NCBI GenBank assembly: GCA_013239625.1
Contig: MU056898.1
Span: forward strand, 1,207,717 to 1,271,716
Direction of reading: 5' to 3'
Length of the DNA: 64,000 nucleotides
Origin: Lama guanicoe
Taxonomy: Eukaryota
Positions 49,501 through 59,925 of the stretch are shown one piece after another. Under the pieces are notes generated by a model, which saw only the letters and a list, made by a program, of their open reading frames with translations, was not told the origin of the DNA and did not search any database. The first letter of the stretch is position 1. Each line of letters begins with the position of its first letter. The translations under genes and the position numbers were made by a program.

Positions 49501-50709
49501 CGGCGGCACCCACACCCGTCCCCGGGCCCGCTGCCCACGGGGACCAGAAGGCGGCCTGGTCCAGGCCTGAGCCGGTGAACTGCTGGCCTGGGGCGCCCAC
49601 CTGTGATGGCGAGGCTCCTGAGATGACCGCTCGGGCCTCACCGCCCACGTGCGCCCTCCTCTCCCTCGTGAGGCTGCGGGTGCAGCTGCGTGTGGATCTA
49701 AAACGGGACATCTAGGAGAGTGGAAGCCGTATAAATAGAATAATAATAATAATTGTGGGTTAGAGACCAATTTGCAACTGTGGCGGGCCTGGCCCTGCCC
49801 TCCCCGCAGTCCCTGTCGGGAAAGGTCACCCTCGCCGGGGTCCGTGAATTCCAACAACGCCGGTGTAATTAGGACACGCACTATTTAGACGTTCTTCTCG
49901 GAGCAATTAGCAGAGATAATTGGGGAGCTATTTTCCCCGTGCTGGACGTGCTTTTCCGCCAGCTTCTGTTCCCTGGAACTTCGGGCCGGGACAGCATGCT
50001 CAGCATCCTGGCCAAGCCATCCTGACCCACTTGCCACCCTGTCCTTCGCTTGTTCACGCAGCCCAGTGTCCAGGGCCACCTGCACTGGGCTCCAGGGACC
50101 CAGAGAGCAGCGGCCGCCCCCCAGGCACCCACTGCCCTGAGGGCTGCCCGTGGGCCAGGCAGCCGTGCGTCGGAGCTGAGGGCAGCGTCCAGCGTCCGTA
50201 CACCTCACAGGATGGGGAGGCCAGGCTTTGGAGGCGGCTGGGACGAGCTGGCAGGCTTGCAGCAGCTGGGATGGGACGGGGGCATCGCGGCACCAGGGCG
50301 TGGGAGAGAGAAGCCCGCTGTCGGCGGTGACAGCTTGTCCTCCTCGGGCGCAGCTCCTCGAGCAGCTGGGAGCCGGCTGTGCATGCCTCTCCCCCGGAGC
50401 ACAGGCGGGCGGTGGGCTCTGTGCCTTCCACCAGTGTCTGCAGGCTACCAGGCGGGAATTCACGTGGGGGCAGAACACCTGGGGGCAGGCGGGCATACCC
50501 ATGGAGGGCCCTCCCACAGGTGGGGTGGATCTGGGGGGGGAGCCAGCCAGGTGCGCCCCCACCCAAACCACCTTCAGGGCCAAGCTCACTCATGTCCCGT
50601 GAGTCCCAGGCCCAGACACGTTGTGTCCCCATCACAGCCCAGCCTCGCACGGCCCCAGCCCGTCCAGCCGTGAAGCCAGGCGTCAGCACGTGTCTGTAGC
50701 AGGGACGCC

Positions 50710-50880
50710 ATGGGTGCTTGTCTGTTCTCAAAGCTGTTTCGCTGTTGTGGATATAATTTAGATGCAGTTTTTCGTGGTTACAAATATAATCTGTAGTCAT
50801 AGTAAGAAAAACAAAACAAAAACAGAAACCTGGAAAATGCAGAAAACCTTCGCGAACCACCTTTAATCCCAGCTCTGTGA
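50710..50880 (-). mobile_element. Probable L1ME-type 3' terminal fragment
   Basis: aaacctggaaaatgcagaaaa...ccacctttaatcccagc pattern typical of L1ME ends. Confidence 0.4.
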
Positions 50881-50944
50881 GCCAGCCGGCCAGTTCCTGT
50901 TCCCGTGCACTACGCAGCGGCCTCCCCCGCGCTGGGCCTGGACT

Positions 50945-51120
50945 GTGCGCTGTGAGCGTCGCAGGTGTGAGCGTGTGGTGGGTGTTTGTGTCGTGGGTGT
51001 GTCACGGGTGTGAGCGTGTCACAAGTGTGCGTGTCATGGATGTGAGTGTCACGGGTATGTCATGGGTGTGAGCGTGTCGCGGGTGTGAGCGTTGCGCTGT
51101 GAGTGCACCCGCGCGCACGT
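50945..51120 (+). repeat. Degenerate GT-rich minisatellite, unit about GGGTGTGAGCGTGTCAC
   Basis: Repeated gtgtgagcgtgtc / gtgtcacggg / gtgtcatgg variants seen directly. Confidence 0.8.
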
Positions 51121-52399
51121 TCCTGGCTCCTCCGGCACGGAAGTTAAGGCAGTGCTGGCTGACAGGCTGAGGCTGTGAGCACAGCGTGCTTGGTAGGGGT
51201 TGATCTTGGCTGAGAGGCCCTGGTCATCTCTGAAGACGGGGCGCTGCGACTTCCCTGCAGCCCCCTCGGGCTGGAGTCTCCCCCTCCCCGGCTGAGAGCA
51301 GCGTCTGTGTGGATCCCGATCGCGGGCGCCGGGGCCACCTGGGCGGGCCAGCTGGCCCCTGGGTGAGGGCGGGAGGCCCGTGTCCTCCCGTGGCCTGAGG
51401 GTCTGGGGGGCCCCGGTTTGGTGGAAGACGCCCCGTGCGGCAGGAGTGGCCTGAGGCCGAGCCGCACCTTGAGCCCGGGCCAACTCTGGTGGCATGTCCC
51501 TCAAGCCAGGCACCTTCGTCTTCTCAGCCGCCCCTGCCTGGGTTTAAGACGGACCCAGAGAGGGTCACAGCTTCTAGGTGTCAAGCCGAGGTTGGAAGCT
51601 GGTCTGCCCCGCCTCAGAGCCGGATGTGTGACCGCCAGGCCCGTCGGCCAGCTCTGAGGTGGGGCTACCCAAGTGGAGGGGTCAGCAGGGAGCAGCTGGG
51701 CAGCCACCTGTGAGCGTGGGGTGTGGTGGCAGCGGGAAGGCGGCTGCAGGCAGCACTGGGCCCACAGTGCCGGGCCCTGAGCGGGCCTCGTGCATGCCTG
51801 CCGCCTGGTCCCCACCCAGTGTCCCAGGCAAGGAGGCCCCGCTCAGGGCACGGCCCTGCCTGAGCTGGCCCGGCCTCCTCCGTCCTCCCAGCCCTCCGTC
51901 CCTGGAGCCAGGCCAGGTGCGAACGGCTGGCTTTGCAGAAGGCAGGGCCACCAGGAGCTGCATCCAGTCAGGTGCATGTCGCCCACGGATCCAAACGTGG
52001 ACTTTTCCTGTCACTGCAGGGACAGCCGCCCACGAGCCTGCCTCCCCTAGGCTGCGCGGCCACAGCCTCCTGTCCGGAACCCAGGGAGCTTCTGCCAGGA
52101 AAGCCGGCGCAGGAGCAGAAAGCCGGCCTCGGGGTGGCCGAGCACGTGGGTGAGGTGACCCTCCTGTCGGCTGGCCGCCTGTCCCCCCCCAGTCAGGTGT
52201 GTCCTGGGAATACAGCGGGACAGGCGGACGGCCCTGCCCTCAGATCAGGGACAGGCGGTAGTCAGAGGCACAAGTGGGAGGGGGAGGCCCCGTCAGTGTC
52301 CGCTGAGCCGGGGTGTGGGTCGGGGGCCCTGGGCAAAGCCGACCGGGGCGTGGCTTCCAGAAGGCGAGCCAGCCCCCCGGGGTCTGCACATCGCAGGTG

Positions 52400-53480
52400 C
52401 TGCGTGCGGCCGTTCTCGCTGTTTTACTCGTGGATTGTGTTCCTGGTGTCCAGTCTGAGACTCCTTTGCCCAGCCCTCAGTCCCGACGTTTTTCTTCTGT
52501 GTGTGGGTTTGTTTTTTAGTTTTACGGTTTAATTTTTGACGGTTAAGTCCAGGGTCCAGTCTGAGTCACATTTTGTCCGAGGGATGAGCTTAAGTCGAAG
52601 TCTCTTTTTTCTAACTGGGGGCGCTGACCCGCGCCAGCACCGTGGGGGGGCTGCCCCTGCGCCGCGGAACTGCCTTCCCGGTTCTGTTTAAACCGGGCTG
52701 GGCGTGTTCGTGTGGGTTCCCCCGGGTCTCTCCTCCGCCCGCTGGTGGGCCTGCGTGTGCCGCCCGCGCCAGCCCCGCCTGTCCCCGCCGGCCCCTCGGT
52801 CCGCTCTGCCGAGAGGTGTCCCTGCGAGCGGGCGCTGGCTCTGTCGGGTGCCGTATTAGCCTGTGGGTGCGGCAGGCAGGTCGCGTCGACTGATTCTCGG
52901 ACGTCCGACAGCCTTACACCAAGGCGGGCTCGAGCTGGTTGCGGCGCGGGTCTCCTCTTCGTCCGTTGCCAGGTTTGGTTTGCCGGCATCTGTTGAGGGT
53001 TTTTTGCGCCGAAGTTCACGGGAGCTACTGGACCGGGTTTTCCCGTTTCTTCGTGTCCTTGTCGCTGTGCTGGTCGATCCTGGAGTCAGGGTGGTGCTGG
53101 CCAGAGAGTGTGTCCTCTCTTGTCCTCTGGAAGGAATTGTGTAAAATCGGTGTTAATTCTTGTTTAGATGTTGGTGAAATCCTGCAGTGAGACCGCCTGG
53201 GGCTGGAGATTGCTCTTGGAGGCGCCCTGTCGTCACAGGCTGCTCGGGCTCTGCCGCGTCCCGGGTGAGCTGCGGTGCCTGCGCTGCTCCCGGGGTTGCC
53301 CGGCCTTTCTAGGTTGTCAAGTGTGTGAGCATAAAGGGGTCTTGGCTTGCATTTTTCTTCTTGTTCTTTTAACGGCCTCGGGGTCTGTTGTGATGTTCCG
53401 TTTCACTTCTGATCTTCCCTTCACGTCAGTCGCTCTCTCGCTCCTGGTACTTCCTTCCGCCCGTCCCCTGCTCCGGTTCA
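52400..53480 (-). mobile_element. L1 ORF2 relic, antisense
   Basis: Minus-strand ORF MNFGAKNPQQMPANQTWQRTKR matches L1 ORF2p [21 protein letters not shown]. DNA ctggaaggaattgtgtaaaatcggtgttaattctt is L1-like. Confidence 0.78.
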
Positions 53481-55372
53481 GTTTGCTCGTCCGTGTCTGG
53501 TGTCCCGAGGGGGGGCTCAGGCGGCCGACTCGGGGCCTCCCCGTTCCTCCGGGGAGCGCCCGGCCCTCCAGTGTCCCCTCGGCTTGCCCCCGACACACCA
53601 CAGCAGACTGTCATCCCGCCCCTGGGTCTGCGCGTGTCCCTCCTTTGGAACCTCGCCCTCGGCCACGGGTCATCGGGATGTGCACATGCAGTGTCCACGT
53701 GTCATCCCCGAGGGGGTTCAGGCCCCTGGGTCCTTCAGACACACCCCCTGCGTGCTCCGGTCACGTCTTTCCTCTTAGGCTGCTGGTGCCCAGACGTAAC
53801 GGGGCTGTCTCCTGAACGCAACACACCACCAGCAGCGCACACGGGCCACGTCCAGGCAGCCTCGCCAGGCCCTGCACCGGCGGTGAGGGAGGGAGCCCCC
53901 GAGGAAGGGGTGTCTTATCTCTGCCCTTCGGGGGCCTTCCCTGCCCCCGAGCAGTTCTGTCCTCGGGGCACCTTGCGGAGGGGCTTGAAGAAGCCCTGCT
54001 CCACGCCGTCCTGCCCCTGGGGCGCCGAGGGCAGTGGGGCTGCGTCTGTGGACCCCTGGAGCTGGGCACCGAGTGAGCTCGTGCAGGGTGGTCTCCGTGT
54101 CTCATCGGACAGTGACCCCCCAGCCCAGCAGGACAGGATCTGAGGTTGGGGCTCCCCCACCTGCCCCCAGCACCCCCCGCTTGGCCCTTGTCTGCTGCTG
54201 TTCTGCACGCCCAGACCTCGGCCTCCCCCAGCCTATACACCTCCTCCAGGCAGCCCGCTCTGCTGTCCAGTGGGAGGAGGACCCTGAGGCGAGGCCCTGC
54301 TGGGTCCTGGCAGCCAGAGCGTCTCTCCCCATGGGGCAGCTGCCGGCGCATGGCCACTGTGCCCCCAGGCCGGGGCACCAGCACAGCACACTCAGCCCGG
54401 GTGTCTCCAGCCACGGCCAGCACGGCCACTGGGCAGTTTGCTTTTTCAAAAGTTGCACTCTGATTGTAGGTGAACAGCCCTTAATTAGAGCGACGTACCA
54501 GACGACTGGGGGCTGGGTGACACTGAGCACGGGGAGGTTGGCAGGCGCATCCTGCCAGTGCAGCTGCTCCATGGACTCGGAGGCAGGCTTGCGGGCCCCA
54601 GGCCAGGGGAGGGGCTGCGGCCGGAGGAGCGAGGGGCTTGGGGTGCGGCTGGTCTGTGGAGCTGGCAGGGGCAGACATGGGTGTTGCCCTGACTCGGGGT
54701 GAGCTGAGGAACAGCACTGCCCCCCTCCCCCACCCCCATTCCCACCACGGCACCCAGGTCATGAGGGCGGTGGCCATGGCCTTGTCTCAGAAACACAGGG
54801 GCGGGGCGCAGAGTGGCGCCAGCAGGTGGATGAGGGTCCCTCAGGGCCCAGGTTCAGCTGTGTCTGTTCAAGGGCAGCGGCCCCGGTGCAGACATGCCAG
54901 GGCAGCCGAGTCTCGTGGAGAGTGGACAGGACCCTGCAGCTGCAGGGGGTGGGGGTGGACCCCTGGTTCTAGGTCGGAGCTGAAGGCACCTCCCTGGGAC
55001 AGGGAGGCGGGGTGGGAGGAAGGACGGGCTGGCGTGGCCCCTCCCCCGCCATCCCAGAGCCTCGTCTGCCCCCCAGCTCCCCCTCACCCCGTGCTGAGCT
55101 GACAGCTGCAGGAGAGCCAGCCCCTCTGACATTTAGGGGAAAAAACTCAGAATCAAGAGCAGAAGGGAGAAATGAAAGGATTTTCTTGGTAAAGGTCAGA
55201 GTGGTTTCTCTTATTTTTGTTTAAAAATGGTCTGCGTTGAACTCTGACAAGGCTAAACATGTTCACGGGCAATGGAACGGGGATCACTGCCCAGAGGGGC
55301 CCGGGGCAGGAAGACGGCACAGGAAGTACCCATACCAGCGAGCTCTGGAGGCCACTGGCAAGGTCGTGGGCC

Positions 55373-56078
55373 GGAGGCCAGAGGGCAGGCAGGTGCACAC
55401 TGGAGCCGATGCCTGCTGAGACGCACCTGCTCCTTCCCTGGGGTCTCAGAGCCCCTTCCCAGCACATCCAGGCCTGGACCTTGTCGGGGTGGAGGGGTCC
55501 CTGGGGGGCTGCACCCCAGGGGATAGAAAACAAAGTGTGGTACAGCCAGGACAGGGATGAAGTCCTGGTGCAGAGCACGGCACGGACCAACCTCGGAAAC
55601 ACGTGCCAGGCCGGACACAAAGGCCACGTGTGACCACCCATCCGGGGCTTCCAGCACAGGCAGGTCCACAGAGGCAGAAGGGAGACAGGAGGTTCCAGAG
55701 GCTGGGATGGGGGGGGCTTCTTTGTGGGGTGGTGAAGACGCTGTTGCTCCAGGCCGTGGTGATGGTCTCAGGGGTGAAAGGGGGACTCGCATGGCAGCTG
55801 AATCACATCTCAGTACACCCGTTTGTTAAATAAGAAAGCTCCCTTCTCCCCAGCAACCTGAGGGGTGCCACCCCGCCCCAGGAGCCACAGGGCGGCCTGG
55901 CTGTGCCCCGGGGTGCAGCCCCCACCACAGGTGCCCCTCCACACAGCCTGCCCGACGGGAAGCCCGACCAGGCCCAGTCTGGACGTGCCCCGGGCAGGGG
56001 CCCTGAGACCCCAGGGGAGGAGCGGGTGCGTCTCAGTGGGGATCGGCTCCGGTGGCCCTGGCCTGCCCTCTGACCTCC
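55373..56078. repeat. Inverted repeat: arms 55373-55522 and 55906-56078
   Basis: Core 55402-55456 versus reverse complement of 55996-56050 matches at 49 of 55 positions (counted by hand). Similarity extends on both sides with indels. Confidence 0.9.
55525..55840 (+). mobile_element. L1MB-type 3' end (sense)
   Basis: aaacaaagtgtggtac...gacacaaaggccac...ttctttgtggggtggtgaagacg...gtggtgatggt...tgaatcacatctcagta. Confidence 0.7.
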
Positions 56079-56560
56079 TGCTTGTGGATGACTGTTCCCA
56101 CGGTCCGGCTGCTGCGCTGACACCGCCGTGAGCACCGTGTGCACGTCCCCGTGCGGACATGTGGTCACTTCACTGGGTGCGTTCCAGGGGTGGGGCCGCC
56201 AGTCGCACAGTGGACCCCGGGAGACCCGTCTGACTGTTTGCTCGGCGACTCAGCGTGTCGCCCACACCTGCCCTGCACGCCGTCCTCGTAGGCGTGGGTG
56301 GGTTGCGCTGTGAGCTTGACCCGTGTCTCCCGGAGGCCGTTTGTCTACAGTCCTTGGGAAAACGTCCATTCGGGTTGTTTGCCCACGTCTTAATTGGGTC
56401 TTTTGTCTTTATATCATCGAGTCGTGAGACGGGCAGGTGGCTCCCACGTGCGAGTCCTGTACCCGCCGTGTGGTTGAGGGGAGGTTTCGCAGGGTCTCCG
56501 TGGGCGGGGAGGAGTGTGCCCACCTTCTGCTTACCCCAGGGCACTGACACGTCCCAGCCC
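55890..56560 (-). mobile_element. L1MB-type 3' end (antisense)
   Basis: gtgcagcccccaccacag, gcccagtctggacgtgcc, cacgtccccgtgcggacatgtg and tttgcccacgtcttaattgggtcttttgtct follow antisense L1 3' sequence. Confidence 0.65.
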
Positions 56561-57409
56561 CATGGACGGGCCACAGGCGGGGCTTCTCAGCTTTCTGGTG
56601 GCCGTTACAGGGACCTCAGTAGGGAGGGCGCCCACTGAGGCCGAACCAGGGCGCAGGCTGGTGGGCAGGTTGGTGTCAGCGGGGGGAAGCCCTTCCCAGT
56701 CGGTGGGAGCTGTCTGGGGAGCTTGGGAGTGTGCCCAGCAGTGGGCACGTCCCTTCCCGCCTGGGGATGCTCCAGTCCAGTGGCAGCTGTGGTCCTCGGG
56801 GGCTAGGCAGGCAGAGGGGGCAGGTGGTCGTTCCATAGGTGGGGGCTGGCCCACCCTGCTCACCTCCGGAACAGGGTGGCAGGGCCACAGGCTTCTGTCT
56901 GGTGCCCAAGGACACCTTCCCAGGCCGGCGTCCCCAGGAGGCAGGCCCCAGGTGTCCTTACTCACCTGGCCAGGCTTGCTGGCCGGTGAGGTCCCCACCA
57001 GGGTGCCGTCTGGGGTCAGGCAGCCTCCCCTGGCCCCTGGGAGTCTGGGAGCAGCCGGCAGGCTTCTGCCCACCCCTCGGCTGCCCTGCTCTGGGCCCGC
57101 TCCGAGCTGTCTGGGCCTCTGTCTCCCCGTTTGCACACGAGGTGCTGGCCAGCTGGTTCGGGGGCCCTGCCCTGTGGCACACACGGTGTTCGGAGGCTGG
57201 CCTCCCGGGTCCCTGTGGGACGGGCCATCTTCCTTGTGGGCACGTCCCCAGTTACAAGCGACATTTACAGCAAGAAGCAGTAAGAGGGATTAGCCCCGCC
57301 TCCAAGACTCCGGGGTTCTCCAGGATGGCCTGGCCCCACAGCAACTTCCTGCTGCCCGCCTCGGCCCCGCGCGGGTCCCAGAACCGGGCCCAGCAGAGCT
57401 TCGGCCACA

Positions 57410-57580
57410 GCTCCACGCTGCACAGGTGGGAAACTGAGGCCAGGGTAGGGCAGCGTTTTCAGCAAGTCCCGCCAAGTGGGGTTCGCTTCCCAGCAGTGCC
57501 GGCAGGTGGGAACCCCTCCATCTTGTGGCCTGGAGAGCCGGGATTTGAACTCGGCTGGGCGGACTCCAGAGGCTGCCCCG
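57410..57580 (-). mobile_element. MIR fragment
   Basis: cacaggtgggaaactgaggcc...gagccgggatttgaactcgg...gactccagag. Confidence 0.7.
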
Positions 57581-58049
57581 GAGCCTCAGGACAGAGACCC
57601 CACCCTCGATGTGCAACAGCCCCTCGACTGTCCACGTGACACGGGCAGCATGTGACCCTCGGCCGTCGCAGAGCCCTCGAGCAGGGCAGGGCTCGGCACA
57701 GTGCTGGGCTCTGAGGGCTGGACAGCCCGACCAGCGGGGCTGGTGCAATGGCCCCCAACCCCACGTCCTGGCTTCCAGATTCCAGGAGCTTGGGTGAGAC
57801 CCCCACCCAAGAGGCCCGAGAACCAGCATCGCCTGCGGGGAGGGGCCTGGACCTAGCGGACAGCCTGGCCGCGTCTGAGGCCTGGGTGGCAGGCGGAGGC
57901 CTCCCCACCGGCCCCTTCAGAGGCCATCTGGCCCAGCGCCCTGCCAGGCCTGCCTGCCCGGGACTGCAGGGTCGCCAGCTCCTCACTGTCCTGTGACCAC
58001 TCTGGCCCCACCTGCTAACAGCCTCTCCCGTGTCTCCCCTGCCCTGCAG

Positions 58050-58208
58050 GCCGCGGGACCCTCGGGCACCAAGATGCAGCTGCTGGAGACGGAGTTCTCG
58101 CGGACAGTGCAGGAGCTCGTCGAGCTGCACCTGCTGCGCCAGGACAGCATCCCCGCCTTCCTCAGCGCCCTCACCCTCGACCTCTTCAGCCGCCAGACTG
58201 TGGCATAG
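58050..58208 (+). CDS. MAD1L1: MAD1L1 terminal coding exon (52 codons + TAG)
   Basis: Translates [52 protein letters not shown], the Mad1 C-terminus. Acceptor tgtctcccctgccctgcAG (58048-58049) is phase 0 and joins in frame to the exon ending at 23249. Confidence 0.97.
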   Translation, partial: AAGPSGTKMQLLETEFSRTVQELVELHLLRQDSIPAFLSALTLDLFSRQTVA

Positions 58209-58725
58209 CCTGCAGCCGCCAGCCCCACACAGGCCAGCCCCTTGGCCTCTGAAGGTGGGAGCCATCAGCCACAGGAGCCCACTCAGGCCTGTCCCTTAGG
58301 GGCCCCAGGCCAGCTGCCCCATCCCATCCCCGCCCCCCCGCCCCCCACCAGATGGACCCCTGAGCCTGACCAGCGACCTCGCCCAGGACCCGTGCACAGG
58401 ACTCTGTGGGCGCACCTCTGGCCAGCAGGGTTAAGCCACTCAGAGGTGCCCCCTCCACTCCCTCTGGGCGCACGCTGCTCTGCAGGGACGGGCCACCTCC
58501 TCCTCACCCTCCGTCCTGGAAAGCAGGCGTGAGGCTCCTGGAGGTGGCCGATGGGAGGTCTTGGGAGCAGTGCTCTGTGGATCCGTTTCCTCTCTCCTCC
58601 CCCAGGTGTCCCCCCCCTACTCTGCTCAAGCCTGGCCGTGCCTGGCCCAACAGGTGAACCTGGGGCCACTGGTGGAAGTATCTGGACCTTCATGAAATAA
58701 AGGTCCCCCAGCCACCCCCTCCCGG
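58209..58725 (+). other. MAD1L1: MAD1L1 3' UTR (approximate end)
   Basis: Runs from the stop codon to about 20 nt past the first downstream AATAAA. Confidence 0.7.
58696..58701 (+). terminator. Polyadenylation signal AATAAA of MAD1L1
   Basis: First AATAAA after the stop (catgaAATAAAgg), followed about 30 nt later by a GU-rich element (ctgtgtgcgtctgagcgtctg). Confidence 0.8.
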
Positions 58726-59829
58726 CTCACTGTGTGCGTCTGAGCGTCTGAGCCGTCGGCTCCCTCTGTTGGCCTCAGTGCGGCCCCACGGCAGCCCCTG
58801 GGCACAGGGACGGCCCCATGCAGGCCCAAGGCCAGGAGAGGTCCAGGGGACGGTGGGGTGGGCAGCCTGGGCAGCCAACCTCTCCAGGGAACTAAAAGGG
58901 ATCCCTGCAAACAGCAGTGCTCACAGGGGACAGAGTGGCTGAGCCCCTGCCTCAGGTCCCCACTTGCCATACGGGCCCAGGGCCCTCGCCTTGCATTCTG
59001 GGGCCCAACCCTTCACGTGGGTGCTGGCAGCGGGGGCTGGCTGGTTCCCACAGGGGTGGGGGGGGTCTCCTGAAGCCCCAGGTCCAGCAGCTCTGCTCTC
59101 ACCACCTCTCCTTCACTTGGCGACGCCAGGATCTCTGTCCTCCCAGCTACAGGGCCCTCACTCCCTCCCCAAGGCCTCCAGGGCTGAAGTGGGGTTCACA
59201 GTACAAGGTTCCTGTGGGCCAGGGGTCCAGGTTGGGGGCCCGGGGCTGGGGGCTGTCTTCATGGGAAGGGCCCACACCAAGGGCACGGCCTGCGAGCCCC
59301 AGAGGGACTCTGGCCTCTGCTCAGCTCGGGCCCAAGGGCAGGGCGTGGGGTGGTCTGTCCCCTCAACCAGTGGGCCCAGGAGATGCGTCCCCTGCGTTGA
59401 GGCCGAGCAAGCCCTCGGGTCTCCGGCTGTCACCAGTCATGGGGAAACGCCCCGCCGCCCGCCTCCCGGTGTGCGTGGTCGGCGCCGTGAGCTCGCTGAG
59501 CCTGCTGCTGGAGCCAGCAGGGGTGGGTGGGAGCCGGCTCTGCCCCACAGACGGTCTCAAGGCCGTTGTGGGAGAGGTTAGGGTTGGCCCACCTGTGCCC
59601 ACTGTCTCTAGAGGCCAGAGACATGTGGCCAGAGTGCGCCCTGTGTGCCATCTCCAGTGTGCGCCCTGGGGCAGCGGGGCTGCACCCTCACCCCTGCCCT
59701 TGCACCTACCCCCACCACCTTCTGCTTGAGCCCAGACTGTGAACGTGGGCGTGAGGGTCACGGCCATGAGGCTCTCCTGCTGGAACCTAGAGCCCCCCCT
59801 CATTTGGCCAGCAGTGCAGCCCTGGGGGG

Positions 59830-59925
59830 TATGCAATCCCACTTCTCAGATGGGAAAACTGAGACTCGGCATGTGAAGTGGCATCCCAGGGCCACAGGCT
59901 GATCAGAACTGGGACGCTGGTCCAG
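59830..59925 (-). mobile_element. MIR fragment
   Basis: atcccacttctcagatgggaaaactgagactc...gaagtggcatcccagggccaca. Confidence 0.72.

Larger units (their letters stand above)
23250..58049 (+). other. MAD1L1: MAD1L1 last intron (34,800 nt, GT-AG)
   Basis: Bounded by gtagga and ccctgcag. Consensus-like branch point tgctaac at 58013-58019. The exons on either side join in frame. Confidence 0.92.

Noticed and set aside
50945-51120. CRISPR-like or prokaryotic/viral array
   Set aside because: No unique spacers or cas genes. The context is clearly a mammalian intron and the repeat is a degenerate minisatellite.
55373-56560. Staggered-break inversion splitting a single L1
   Set aside because: The right arm itself continues the antisense L1MB 3' end, so there are two separate tail-to-tail L1s plus a duplicated arm rather than one inverted element.
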